Assembly: GCA_965219455.1 (NCBI GenBank)
Contig: OZ244744.1
Coordinates: 736,001-800,000 of the forward strand
Direction of reading: 5' to 3'
Length of the DNA: 64,000 nt
Source of the DNA: Candidatus Latescibacterota bacterium
GTDB taxonomy: Bacteria > Latescibacterota > UBA2968 > GCA-2709665
Shown: positions 17,901 to 27,964 of the stretch, in pieces
Position numbering within the stretch: the first letter of the stretch is position 1
How the letters are laid out: every line of letters begins with the position of its first letter
Notes under the pieces: model-generated
Database searches by the model: none
Told to the model about the DNA's origin: nothing
What the model saw: only the letters and a program-made list of their open reading frames with translations
Program-made: the position numbers and the translations under genes

Positions 17901-18369
17901 ACGAGAAGATATATGCTTTTGCATGCAGAAATGCCTTCTCGTAACGCCTGACTTCCATGTTTCCGGCCCGAAGTGACTGGATGAGCTTGGACAGTGCTGT
18001 GCCGCTTGTTCTATTGAATGGCAGGCGATCGCGGTCTCGCTGCAGGCCCTCCGTCAGGTTTCGCAAGCCTGTCTCAACGCAACGCCTTTTGTACCCGTCT
18101 CGCGTCTCGTCAAGCCGTTTCCGGTATTCCAAAGCGCCCGTAGATAAATCCGCGCCAAGCAACAGGCGCACCTCAGGGATGGAGTGAAGGTGATCCGCGA
18201 TGTGTGCGAATCCGGTCGGACTAAAAAAAGCGGTCGCGATGTTGACTTGATCGGGTGTGCCGGCAGTTTCTGTCTTGCCAATCTCATCCGCAACGCCCAG
18301 CAGTGCCGCTAACGCATTCGCAAGCGTGTTGCCATCACGGTTGTCAATAAACGCGTGTTCCCGGGTCAC
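14998..18369 (-). CDS. PLD-nuclease / SNF2-type helicase fusion
   Basis: PLD motif LHAKAY...GSSNLT...NLELN; helicase motifs ADEVGLGKT, DEAH, LTATPVNN, TDVLAEGVNLQ, QRHGRIDRIG. Confidence 0.92.
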   Translation of the reverse strand: MTREHAFIDNRDGNTLANALAALLGVADEIGKTETAGTPDQVNIATAFFSPTGFAHIADHLHSIPEVRLLLGADLSTGALEYRKRLDETRDGYKRRCVETGLRNLTEGLQRDRDRLPFNRTSGTALSKLIQSLRAGNMEVRRYEKAFLHAKAYIFSSPDEASGGPRGIIAGSSNLTGAGLTQNLELNLGRFDGPIVAKARNWFNELWDEAEPYDLVGMFEVVFQPRPPWDVFVRVLWQLYGDEVEDDVESDENLPLTSFQKHGVARALRLMRETGGVIVADEVGLGKTFIAGEILQRYQERRQRALLICPASLRDTTWKRFINTYQLFVECLSFEQLAGDIQLRNRHRPNADQQHLQRSLREYQLVIVDEAHNYRNPDAPTRAAALRWLLFGQKRDLLLLTATPVNNSLWDLYHLIRFFLRQDAHLADRGILSIRERFEEAMRTDPSSLSPDVLYPIIDATTVKRTRQFVKKYYAGDTISGPDGRPQPIVFPHPTAISVRYELEDRMPGFFDRLEEALDSDEEGALTFARYMPEAYLRDGGDAEEDARARAMVGLLRSGLLKRFESSAFAFRKTVDKMADEHDVFLDSLDAGYFVTTAFLREISGDDETVFEDLLEATDERSDASRYDVGRLRQAVKRDRGILRSLAEDARAIAPESDPKLRALTDALVDVVEQAEREASSDVDESQKRKVIIYSFFEDTVSWIRDYLKCEVARCHELGPYQNRIVAVSGSGDLDEPSRQHAVHGFAPVSMEAPAGKDADLYDVMIATDVLAEGVNLQQCRHIINYDMPWNPMRLVQRHGRIDRIGSPHDRVFLRTIFPVDRLDQLLNLEQRILGKLAMAAASVGVAAPIEGGAHGEQVFTETREEIEKLMREDATIFERGGSAGAAQTGEEYRQTLRRALDANRDRIVRLPWKIGSGMIKSTRRGVFFCAVIGKETEYERTYLRFISADADWQPRTDHDFIVRELGTCLRFIECDENTPLWQPEDFQERVYDFWEVAQQDILASWMRETDPANLQPAVRPLNHRVAEFIRANQPPDLPHERINRALDILESPWPRREEIMLRGWFNSDEYAGVALAGYVIDRILETGLEPTSPPAPLPPIQLEDIELLCWIGIEPEGEKNNV

Positions 18370-18466
18370 AGCAGAGTCTCCAGAAAAAATCCAGCTTTCT
18401 CATCACGTCGCCACATTTCAAGGGGTGTCACACACCCCATGCCGTTCAAATCAACGGTGGATGGCT

Positions 18467-19873
18467 TTATAATTCCGTCGAGGTATTCCCCGTGTCCGCC
18501 AAGAATTCCCGTAACTGCTTCAGTTTTTCCAACAGTTCGTCAAAAGTCACGACTTCAACGTCCTTAGAATTACGGCGGAAGAGCTCGAAGGATTTCCTTT
18601 GATCTTTCTCGGACGGCGTAGTCCCTATTACTAAGCAGCAATTAACCGAATACGATTCAATATCGTCGATGTTGCTATTGTGCTTTATCTGGGCAATTTG
18701 ACTTTGAAATTGATATTTCTGATCAAGAGTCTGTGCGATTGATGCAGAGAGATCATTCGTTGGAGGGTAAACCCCTTCTCGGTACCGATTCTTTCTGATA
18801 AGCTTTGTCTGGGGCTTCTTAATCTCAATGATCGCTGTGTTATCTGTAAGACTGTTTTTAACTAGAAAATCAGCAATCTTGTCCCCTGATCCCGACAACT
18901 TGCGCCCGCCGACGGAAGCCTGATCTTGTACTTTTATTATCGGATAACCGAATACCAAACCTAATATGAACGGATTCTCGTTGAATAGTATTTGCCAGCT
19001 GGATTCACTTGCATTTCGCTTGGCCATTCCTTCATAGCGTTTAATGAATCGTTCTAAGGTAACCAGCTCGATTTCACCTTGAAGCTTTGCCAGTTTCTCC
19101 GGCTTTCCATCTGCAATAGCGCGCGAATTGTGTTCGATTGCTTTAAGCAACGCCTCTTGGTCTTCTTCTTGAAGAGCAGCATTTTCTCCTTGGGCAGCTG
19201 CTGCGAATAACTCGCGCAGTGGATGTCGTCCGCGCTTAATAGGTCGTTCTCGACTTCCAATCGTCTTCGCCACTATGTTGTAGGCAGTATTCTCCTTGAC
19301 AGTAAGCGCGGCATCCTGAGTGTGAGCTGTAATCCTGTTTAGACTTTTTCTAACCTCTTCGAAAACAGCATGTGCAATGGAAATGGTCTTGTCATGCTGT
19401 TTAACACGGGTCGGTATGGATTTTACGATTACGATTTCTTGGCAGTCTGTAAGATCCTCGATAGCTTCCACAAGAAATCTATACTCATATTTAAAGCCCA
19501 ACCCGAGTCGGAAATCTTTCTTAAAGCCGGCGGGCAGATGAGTAAGCAAATGCTGTATCCCATTTTCGGAGATTTCTTCCACGCGAGGCAGTGGAAATCC
19601 ATCTAAACTGATCCTCCTTATCTTTCGGTGCGCCGGCTTAAACTTGCCTAGCTCGCTGCCTGGCGCACGAGTTGGTGTGACGCTAATTGATCCGTCGAGA
19701 TTATTGAATTCCATCAACTTAATAGTAAACTCAGCGCCTTTGCCTTCGCTCGCTGGCTGCTGAAATGGTGGCTCCCGGGGAACATAGAACACCTCAAAGC
19801 ATTCGCAAGACGTCTGCTCTATTACTAGATCCCCAAGCTTGAAGCCTTTCGCCAGTAAATCACGTATTGACAT
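18467..19873 (-). CDS. sduA: Shedu immune nuclease (DUF4263)
   Basis: C-terminal ESSWQILFNENPFIL...ADFL...IIEIKKP...SIAQ...VIG...FELFR...VVTFDELLEK is the SduA signature. Confidence 0.88.
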   Translation of the reverse strand: MSIRDLLAKGFKLGDLVIEQTSCECFEVFYVPREPPFQQPASEGKGAEFTIKLMEFNNLDGSISVTPTRAPGSELGKFKPAHRKIRRISLDGFPLPRVEEISENGIQHLLTHLPAGFKKDFRLGLGFKYEYRFLVEAIEDLTDCQEIVIVKSIPTRVKQHDKTISIAHAVFEEVRKSLNRITAHTQDAALTVKENTAYNIVAKTIGSRERPIKRGRHPLRELFAAAAQGENAALQEEDQEALLKAIEHNSRAIADGKPEKLAKLQGEIELVTLERFIKRYEGMAKRNASESSWQILFNENPFILGLVFGYPIIKVQDQASVGGRKLSGSGDKIADFLVKNSLTDNTAIIEIKKPQTKLIRKNRYREGVYPPTNDLSASIAQTLDQKYQFQSQIAQIKHNSNIDDIESYSVNCCLVIGTTPSEKDQRKSFELFRRNSKDVEVVTFDELLEKLKQLREFLADTGNTSTEL

Positions 19874-20365
19874 AAACCGACCTTATCCCTTCGATTGTCA
19901 TTGACTCGGACATTGATGTAGACGCAACCATTCCCCCTCGGAGTAAGTTCCATCTCCGACAAGGCTTGGTGACTTGCCACGAAGTTGCAAACGATCACAC
20001 AAAGTCGACTCAAAGAAACCCGATCGTCTGGATAAGCGTAGTTTCCGTCCGAACGTACGAATCAAGAGGGTACTGCCTTTGCGTCGAACTGCTCGTGTCT
20101 CCGCCATTGGACGGCAATCGACACCGCCAGCGCATTCGACGTTCTATTTGCGAACCAGTTTGACACCGTCGTCAGAATTGAGAGTGTGTCCGCCGTAAGC
20201 TACTCCCTCGTGAAGGCGATGTAATCCGACCAATAGGCAAAACCGGGATTGGCTACTCTGGACTGCTTGACACATTCCGACTCGGTAATCTCGTCACCAG
20301 AACTTTATCCTTCAAACAGAACCGCTAGCGCGCCCGACGAGACGCCAAAGGTTCGCCATCGACGC

Positions 20366-23300
20366 TTAGCGCCGTTTGTGGCTCCTCAATGCTTGGAAGT
20401 GGCGTCGCACTCCGTCGAGACGCGCCTGATAGTCCCATCCTTCGTGGAAGGTCTCGAAGATATGAACGAGTTGGGATTCGCTCAAACCGTACAGATGGGC
20501 GACCACGGCGTCCAACTCGTGGATCATGTCCTCCTTCTCATCGGCGCCGAGGGGACCCCAGTCGACCCCTACGGCTTGTGCCCAGTCAGCGAACCTCCCG
20601 TCAGGGCAGGCAAGACGACCCGCTAGTTGCACGGCACACTGCCAAAGTGTGCTCTTGCGGTCGGGACGAGGAATTGGAAACGGGTTGATAATGAAAAAGT
20701 TGAGATTTACCTCAACAAAGCGCCGTGCATACCAATCAAGAGGGATGGATGATAGGATACCTAGCAAAAACGCCTTATCCTGTTCGTCCCCACGTGGCCA
20801 GAGGAAATATGGCGCAGCGTTTGTGATAAACACATCCGATGGAACGAGGGCTACCCGGACCGTTCTGGAGTCGGTGGCTCTAGCGACGTTTCTAAAAGCT
20901 ATTCTTGGAATGAAACAGGCAAGGGTCTTTCGATTGCGCAAATAATGAGGTAGAAACTCACTATGAGCGCTGTCGCGCCTTCTGTTGCCAGACTTTAGGC
21001 GCTTGGATTGAAGCCACTGGATCACCGGTTTTGGATCCGCCCATGCGTAGTAGGTGCCCGTGTCCGGAATCCACAGATCGAAGGACTCGCCTTTGTAAAC
21101 AGGCCAGTATCCGTCCGGGCAATCCTCGCTACTCAGGTCCATAAGGTTTTTTTGGTTGGTTGCATCAAGCTCCCGGTCCGGCCGAGCTCTCCAGTGTGGC
21201 TCCATATCTAGGTCGAGCCGCGGATGCTTTCGAAGTTGTACGAATATCTCTATTGATTCGTCGTTCGGTAACAGTGGCAGCGAGGCACTGTCATTCCAGT
21301 TGCGCACCTCCGTATTGTAGAACGCGGCAGTCTCTTTGACGACTCCATCGTCGAAACCGGCTTTAGTCGAATAAGGACCGTGCAATCGGATGGATTTTTT
21401 CCACGGTGTACCGCGCACACTAGACACAAGACCAATCGAGTATTGTGGATGTACGTCTGGGAATACCCAATGCCGGTTATTGACCAACGTGGTCACATTG
21501 ACGGACGCGGAGCCACCTAGAAGGGCACGCCGGAAGTCTGCGGATCCTTTTGCGGCAAGCGCACCACGTGGAAGAACGACCCCAATCCTTCCTTTTTCGG
21601 GTACTGTCAGGTGCCAGAACCTCCAGCAAAACGCCTTGTAAAGGTCGGGATCTCCTGTGCTCATACCACTATAGTTGCCACTCACCAGTGCTTTGCGCAT
21701 ATGTTCACACTCCGCCAATTCCTCCTCATAGAGCGACACGAGGTCAGGGCGTTCTTGACGTAGCCTTTCCTGCTCCAACACTTGCCTGCGTTGCGAAAGG
21801 GATCGCAGACCTGGGAAATGGCGAGTCCAGAAGGACCTTTCTTCTGCCCTTTGCTCCTGCCACGGCGGGTTGCCGAGGATCACATCGAAACCATGCCTTT
21901 CGCGAAGGAAGACTTCCGGAAAAGCCACGGGAAAGTGGAGAGCCTCTAGGGCATCCAGATCTCGTCGCGCTGTGCGTACACTCTCCAGAGCAGACGCGTT
22001 GTCCGCGATCTGTTCCCAAGTCTCAAGGGGGAAACGTGTAACCGCTGGGTCGTGGGAAATGTACCGCGCTACAAGTAAATCGCAAAGCGCTCTTGTGTTC
22101 CGGATGGCCTCTTTGGCTTCGATTACCGCATCTCGCGCAGCCGAGATGTCATCCAGAGACGCGTCGTTAAGATTGGCAAGCCTCGTCAGTGGCTTAGCGG
22201 CTCGTCCGAGCAAGGCATCTGCATCGAGAAAAGCAAGTATATTCTGAATCCCCGGATCGTCAGCAGTATATTCCTGATACCTCTGCCTTATTTCATCGAG
22301 CGTGCCAATACCGACAAGTGAGTTGCCCTGAACCAGATTGTGATCCAAAAAGGAGAGGGGCAATCCGGGTACGAAGGTGTGAATCCACACAGCCAGCCGC
22401 CCAAGTTGCACCGAAAGTCTGTTTAGATCGACGCCATAGATGCAGCGTCGAGCGATCAGGCGCCGCAACAACTGACCGTCCTCGATCGTCGTGCTTTCCC
22501 CAAGATCTCCTAGCTCTCGGATCGCAACCGTTTTTAGATCCGCGAGTTCACGGCGAACCCCGGGCAAATTGCGGGAAGCCATATACCCAGCCATGCGTTT
22601 CTCAATGTGGTCAATCGCCCCAATGAGGAAATGGCCCGAACCCATCGCGATATCCGCTACGCGAAAGTCGAAGAATGCCTTGGCTGCGTTCGCGTCATCC
22701 ATCTCATCAAGGCGCTTAAGATGATCGGCAAGGGCGGGCTCCAACGCCCCATTCAGCAAATGTTCTACAGCGAAGGGCTTGGTGTAGTAACTTCCAGAAG
22801 ATTTGCGAGCGCCCGACCGGTTGTGCAGATACGTTTCGCCGGTCGATACGTTAGGTTCCTCCATTTGGCTCACAGGCGCATACACGAATTCGCCCTTTTT
22901 CTTCTTTAGGACAAGATCGCATTCGGCAACTGCCAACTCCGATTCGAGGAGGCCTTCGTAAATTGTGCCGAATTCGCGCACACCCAGCGAGCGAAAGTCG
23001 ACAGGTCCTGGAACACCCTCCGATGTCTCGATCACCATCAGATGACGAAGTGCGCTCTCGAACCTCTCATTCGGTAGAGTAAGGGTAGCGAGTTCCGCTC
23101 CTGTCGGCGACACGGCGATGTCACTGTCGAAGAGGCCCCCGTTGTAGGCTGGTACCCCCCATTCTGTATTACCATGGGCAATCGCCTCCCAAAGCAGATT
23201 CGTTTCCTGCCAGTGGGCACTTCCAGATGCAATCGGCGTTTCAGTTGCGACGGCATTGGCGAGTTCCTGCGCTTTTTGCTTCAGCGACCGACGCCGATAT

Positions 23301-24433
23301 GCGTCATTGAACCGATAGGGCAGCAGATCGCGGTCTTCCGCGTACGCGATGAATAGCAATCGAAAGAGCACTGTCAGTGCCATTTCGTACGTGACGTGAA
23401 GATCCTGTGGCCGAGGTTGTTCGATGCCCCGAGCGTCTGCAATACCCCGGGCAAGTTCTGGGACCACGTGGTCGTAAATTCGCTCCCGAAGCCGCTCTGC
23501 CAGATCCCCTGCGAAGCGCTGGGATCCTTCCATGGCCTGTCGCAAGCTACCGTCCGGAGTAAGTGCCTCAGCAGAATAGAGCAGCCAGAGATATGCGAGG
23601 TGTGCTTCAGCGAGTAACGAAGGTTGACACTCTATATAGGTTTCTGTTCGTCCGCGACGACCGACCCCGGCGTGAACATCAGTAGCGTAAAGGCGAATAC
23701 GGCTGCCGTGAGTTAGCACGACCCAAGGCAGATTCTCATCGTCAGCCTTTTTCAGGGCGTAGCTTATAGGCGACAGGCTGTTAAACCGTTCGGAGCCGGC
23801 TTCCGCCGCCTCGCTTTCCCGCAACATAACGGCGAGCGCGGTGCGACGGTCGCCGCTGCGCAGAAGACTGGTCAGATTGTCAAGTGGCTCCACCGAGAAG
23901 CCAAGGCCATTCAGCAACTCCCCGTCTCGCTTGTTCAGTACCCCGGCGGCCTTGTGCGCCGCCTCGGACCAGTCCTGGCGCTCCGGTACGCCCCGCTCCA
24001 ACTCGTGAAGGGCGAGCAACCCTTCGTTATTGAGACCCGGAAGGGCCGTTTCCAACGACGGAAGGGCTTGCGACAAGAACAGAAGCGCCGCGTGTCTATC
24101 CGGCTGGGCTAGGGCCTCACGGCATAGGCGTTCAACCTGGCCGATCTCCATTTCGGGATATACCGGCGGTGACTCTCCGGTAGGGCCACACAATGTGGCC
24201 CTACCGGAATGCAGTACTACAAGAAGCACGGGAGCCGCACGCCCGCCCTTCCGGGTCTTCCAACAGGCGACTATTGCCGCGCGAGCGGACGGCTTTGCCG
24301 CCACTGCAACCGCAACCTCAATGGCATTCGAACCGTTGCCGACGAACAGTCCAGCGGGCTGAAGCCCGGACTTCACATCGGTCGACCACGGTCGTGAAAT
24401 TATATTGGTAAGAAACTCGATTTCTACGGACAT
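20366..24433 (-). CDS. Type IIG/Eco57I-like N6-adenine DNA methyltransferase (RM fusion-like)
   Basis: LFRLLFIAYAEDR, YNGGLF, GTIYEGLLE, RKSSGSYYT, DIAMGSGHFL (motif I), GNPPW (motif IV), and a TRD-like C-terminus. Confidence 0.9.
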   Translation of the reverse strand: MSVEIEFLTNIISRPWSTDVKSGLQPAGLFVGNGSNAIEVAVAVAAKPSARAAIVACWKTRKGGRAAPVLLVVLHSGRATLCGPTGESPPVYPEMEIGQVERLCREALAQPDRHAALLFLSQALPSLETALPGLNNEGLLALHELERGVPERQDWSEAAHKAAGVLNKRDGELLNGLGFSVEPLDNLTSLLRSGDRRTALAVMLRESEAAEAGSERFNSLSPISYALKKADDENLPWVVLTHGSRIRLYATDVHAGVGRRGRTETYIECQPSLLAEAHLAYLWLLYSAEALTPDGSLRQAMEGSQRFAGDLAERLRERIYDHVVPELARGIADARGIEQPRPQDLHVTYEMALTVLFRLLFIAYAEDRDLLPYRFNDAYRRRSLKQKAQELANAVATETPIASGSAHWQETNLLWEAIAHGNTEWGVPAYNGGLFDSDIAVSPTGAELATLTLPNERFESALRHLMVIETSEGVPGPVDFRSLGVREFGTIYEGLLESELAVAECDLVLKKKKGEFVYAPVSQMEEPNVSTGETYLHNRSGARKSSGSYYTKPFAVEHLLNGALEPALADHLKRLDEMDDANAAKAFFDFRVADIAMGSGHFLIGAIDHIEKRMAGYMASRNLPGVRRELADLKTVAIRELGDLGESTTIEDGQLLRRLIARRCIYGVDLNRLSVQLGRLAVWIHTFVPGLPLSFLDHNLVQGNSLVGIGTLDEIRQRYQEYTADDPGIQNILAFLDADALLGRAAKPLTRLANLNDASLDDISAARDAVIEAKEAIRNTRALCDLLVARYISHDPAVTRFPLETWEQIADNASALESVRTARRDLDALEALHFPVAFPEVFLRERHGFDVILGNPPWQEQRAEERSFWTRHFPGLRSLSQRRQVLEQERLRQERPDLVSLYEEELAECEHMRKALVSGNYSGMSTGDPDLYKAFCWRFWHLTVPEKGRIGVVLPRGALAAKGSADFRRALLGGSASVNVTTLVNNRHWVFPDVHPQYSIGLVSSVRGTPWKKSIRLHGPYSTKAGFDDGVVKETAAFYNTEVRNWNDSASLPLLPNDESIEIFVQLRKHPRLDLDMEPHWRARPDRELDATNQKNLMDLSSEDCPDGYWPVYKGESFDLWIPDTGTYYAWADPKPVIQWLQSKRLKSGNRRRDSAHSEFLPHYLRNRKTLACFIPRIAFRNVARATDSRTVRVALVPSDVFITNAAPYFLWPRGDEQDKAFLLGILSSIPLDWYARRFVEVNLNFFIINPFPIPRPDRKSTLWQCAVQLAGRLACPDGRFADWAQAVGVDWGPLGADEKEDMIHELDAVVAHLYGLSESQLVHIFETFHEGWDYQARLDGVRRHFQALRSHKRR

Positions 24434-25640
24434 AATTTTCCGATTGCCCTCGTCTATTTCTCGTTGTGAGCAGTGTACCGTTAGTCGTTAAGTTCCGCCA
24501 GATATTTACCGAAATTTAACACTCCACTTGACTCGAATATACTCTTCCAGATATCGTCCATCTCGATCTGACCGCGAGCGTTGAGGACATGGATTGCGTA
24601 TAGATGCTCGGTCTTCAGGGCACATATCTCGCTCAATTCTGAGGCTGTCCTCCAATTGTCACTGAATGCGTCTGGGCGGTCGTGGACCGGCTTCTCAACT
24701 GCGCTATTGCCAACAAATATGCCCTTGTATTTCTTTTGTCTTTTGGTGCGTCCGCGATCGATCCACTCCAATAGCTGTTTCCTGCCATCCTCGCCAAACT
24801 GATCCCGTCGGGTACTCTTAATTTCAAGGACACCCTCGTATGTCTTATCGCCCACTTTAACAACCAGCCAGCCGTCCTCTTTTCCCTTTTCTTTTGGATC
24901 CTCCACGTCAGCGCCCAAACTGCGCAGGGTGTCTCTTACTATCGGTTCAAGCGCGTATTCTTTCTCATATAGCAGCTTAAGACATTCTCGACAATTCGTT
25001 CTCTCGAAATTTGCCAATTCCAGATTATTGTTCAACGCAGAAAGCTCTGTCTCAATTCTCGTGATATCATCGTCAACTTTGTCTTGTCCCGGGGCCATAT
25101 ACTCGCTTAGCCACTTTGGCTCCGGCAGGTCTGTTTCGATTCCGATGCACGAAAGCATCAACTGTATGGTCTCTTCCTCTGAAACGGATAGTTCAGGAAG
25201 AAATACCAACGGACCGAACTCATTGTCGTCGTAAAACAAATGGAGTGTGAATGCGAGTGCGTATTTGTATCGGTTTCTGCAGAAGACATCTCGTCTGAGT
25301 TCAAACTTGCCTTGCGCGGACTGTTTGACGTATTTACCAATCGTTTCGTAGTCTAATTCCGCCCGAAACAGTGAGTAATTCCATTTGGAAAATCTCGCGA
25401 TATATTCAGAATACTGTTCGCTTCGATAGTCGAATAAATGGGTTATCGTGTCACCTGCATTAGAATCCCACATAAATTTCACGCCAGTCCACTCCAAGAA
25501 TGGAGCGGCGTCTTGTTGCTCTCCTACGTTCACGTTGTTCCCTTGATTCTGCGGAGAATCGACTAGCGAAGTATTAAACCGCGGGTCTCCGACTACGAAG
25601 ATCGATCCGCCGTTTATGAGAATATCGATGGTACCACTAA

Positions 25641-27321
25641 CCCCAATTATTCACAAAAAAGGTAGTTTCCTTACCCAAGTCATTGTATTATATTATGGTT
25701 AGGCGAATAACCATACAACAATGAACTGGGAGGAAACTACCGTGGAAGTTCAAGATAGTCAACTCGCACTTCCTTTCGCAAGTGTTTCGGGCAAACCGGT
25801 AGAAGCCGTCTTCGATGGCGGTGTGCTCACCAGCGATATCGGGTTGATGCTGCTCCGAGAGGTGGCGTCCAAAATCGGCATCCTGTCTCGGATCGTCGAG
25901 GCGTTAACGGACCGTCGGCATCCAAGTTATGTGGATCACACGATGATGGACCTGATCAGCCAGCGTGTCTTTCAGATCGCGTGCGCGTATGAAGATGCGA
26001 ACGATTGCAATGCGTTGCGCGAGGACCCTGCGTTCAAGGCGGCCTGTGATCGGTTGCCGATATCAGGGGCGCCGTTGGCCAGCCAACCCACGATGAGTCG
26101 ATTGGAAAACGGGATTCGTCGCAGGGACTTATATCGTATTGCCGAGGCCCTTGTGGACGGATTTATCGCGTCCTACGATAGGCCTCCCGACGCGGTCGTT
26201 CTGGATATCGATGACACCGATGACGAGGTTCACGGCAAGCAACAGTTGTCGTTGTTCAATGGCTATTACGATGAACGCTGTTACATGCCCTTGCACATTT
26301 ATGAAGGCCGGACAGGAAGACTGATCACGACGCTGCTGCGTCCGGGCGCCCGTCCTACCGGCAAACAGATTGTCAGCATTCTTAAGCGACTGGTGAAAAT
26401 CCTTCGTGAGGCGTGGCCGGACGTGCGACTCTTTTTGCGTGGCGATGGCCATTTTTCCTGTCCTGAGGTCCACGACTTTTGCGACGAGCAAGACGTGTAT
26501 TTTGTGCTGGGACAGACGGGCAATGCCAGGCTTGCACAACGGGGACACGCGTTGATCGAGCAGGCAAAGGCCCAGTATCGGGAAACCGGACAGCCCGTGC
26601 AGTTATTTACCTGTTTCGCTTACCAGGCACATACCTGGGCCGTGCCAAGACGCATCATCTACAAAGCTGAAATCACCGCTTCCGGACAAGCCAATACACG
26701 CTTTGTCGTGACCAACCTGAAAAGTAGCCAGCCCTCATTCATCTACAAAACCGTCTATAGCGCGCGCGGCAGGATGGAAAACTTCATCAAGAATCACAAA
26801 ACCTTCCTCCATTCCGATCGTACCTCCTGCCACACCTTCGAAGCCAATCACTTCCGTCTCTTCCTGCATAGTGCCGCTTATGTCTTGATGCATACCCTTA
26901 CCGAAAAAGGACTCCGGGCTACCCAGTGGACGCACGCCCAGTTTAATACCATTCAGAATCGCATTCTCAAAGTCGCCGGGCGAGTGTCCGAACTCAAGAC
27001 CAAAATCAAACTCCATTTGCCAACATCATTTCCCTTGAAACACCTTTATGACACCATCCTCTGTAATTTGGCAAAGGCATATCCATAACGCCGTTTCACG
27101 CCGGCCGATCCATCCCTTTCTCATCGCCACAAAGTAAGACCAAGGCATCCGTCTGTCCTTTCCAACCACAAATCAAAGAACTCGACACCCCTCAATGCTG
27201 ACGGCACATCCAAAATTACTCATCATCGCGTCACCAACACGTCATTCGGATATTTTCCCTTCTACAGATCACTTTCTATTTCCAAAAACACTGTTCCGTT
27301 CAGTTTCATGAATTAGTCAGG
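25641..27321 (+). mobile_element. IS1380-family insertion sequence
   Basis: Ends CCCCAATTATTCAC / ATGAATTAGTCAGG (imperfect IR); CTAA duplicated at 25637-25640 and 27322-27325. Confidence 0.9.
25721..27088 (+). CDS. IS1380-family DDE transposase
   Basis: FDGGVLTSDIG, YEDANDC, LASQPTMSRLEN, LDID.T.D..HG.Q, RGDGHF, YSARGRMENFIK. Possible start GTG 25742. Confidence 0.95.
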   Translation: MNWEETTVEVQDSQLALPFASVSGKPVEAVFDGGVLTSDIGLMLLREVASKIGILSRIVEALTDRRHPSYVDHTMMDLISQRVFQIACAYEDANDCNALREDPAFKAACDRLPISGAPLASQPTMSRLENGIRRRDLYRIAEALVDGFIASYDRPPDAVVLDIDDTDDEVHGKQQLSLFNGYYDERCYMPLHIYEGRTGRLITTLLRPGARPTGKQIVSILKRLVKILREAWPDVRLFLRGDGHFSCPEVHDFCDEQDVYFVLGQTGNARLAQRGHALIEQAKAQYRETGQPVQLFTCFAYQAHTWAVPRRIIYKAEITASGQANTRFVVTNLKSSQPSFIYKTVYSARGRMENFIKNHKTFLHSDRTSCHTFEANHFRLFLHSAAYVLMHTLTEKGLRATQWTHAQFNTIQNRILKVAGRVSELKTKIKLHLPTSFPLKHLYDTILCNLAKAYP

Positions 27322-27901
27322 CTAAAATCGAGGAGAGTACGGAATCGAATCCACGCGACTTTTTCGCATTCGTCAATACTGGTAAGAGGTAAAAGGTTGA
27401 AAATCACCATGTCGTAGTCACGTATGTTTCGGATCTGTGCGAGTTGGGACCAGTGGAAGCAGTCAATCTGAAGATCCGTAGTCGTACGTTCGAAACCCTT
27501 AGCCCCGAAAATTATGACTTTTCGTTTGCGTGAAGCCATTATAAACGTGCCCCTCTATTAATACAAGATACCATCCAGTTTCCTGTGAATGGTGCACAGC
27601 CCCAGACCGCTCAGCTATCCAGTCAGGCGGACATAAATTCGATCAATTTGAACTTGGGACGGATCCCAAATGGGATCATATCAAAACGTTTCTCAATTGC
27701 AAGTCTGTCGTTTTTCTAAAAATAGCCCGTACGTCCACGATCTACTTCGCGAAGAACCCGGCGTCCTCGCTAACGCGGGATTTTAGCGCGGCTATTGATG
27801 AGTCGGAGTCCGATTCTCCGGTTTCGTTGTCGCGCCACAGAATCTACATCAGCCCGATCAAAGAAACCCGACCACCGTAATTCCCGTCGCCATCGAAAAG
27901 G

Positions 27902-27920
27902 TGTCGCAAATTGCGACAGT
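27902..27920. repeat. Palindrome TGTCGCAA-A-TTGCGACA(GT), copy 1
   Basis: 19 bp identical to 31702-31720. Confidence 0.8.
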
Positions 27921-27964
27921 AACTTGGCCATACGTGGCGAAATGGGAGGGCACTCTTGTTTTGC

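Larger units (their letters stand above)
24481..27539 (-). pseudogene. PD-(D/E)xK nuclease-domain gene interrupted by IS1380
   Basis: Joining 27539-27322 to 25636-24481 gives one 1374-nt frame (457 aa; ...LLDFS|GTIDILINGG...NVGEQQD...). C-terminus: coiled coil, then EDG...EIKS...QLLEW. Confidence 0.85.

Noticed and set aside
19874-20365. Possible small gene between the MTase and Shedu
   Set aside because: Only short ORFs, with no RBS or recognisable motif.
14998-24433. Complete DISARM or BREX system
   Set aside because: No drmA/drmB, pglZ or brxC-like genes are seen.
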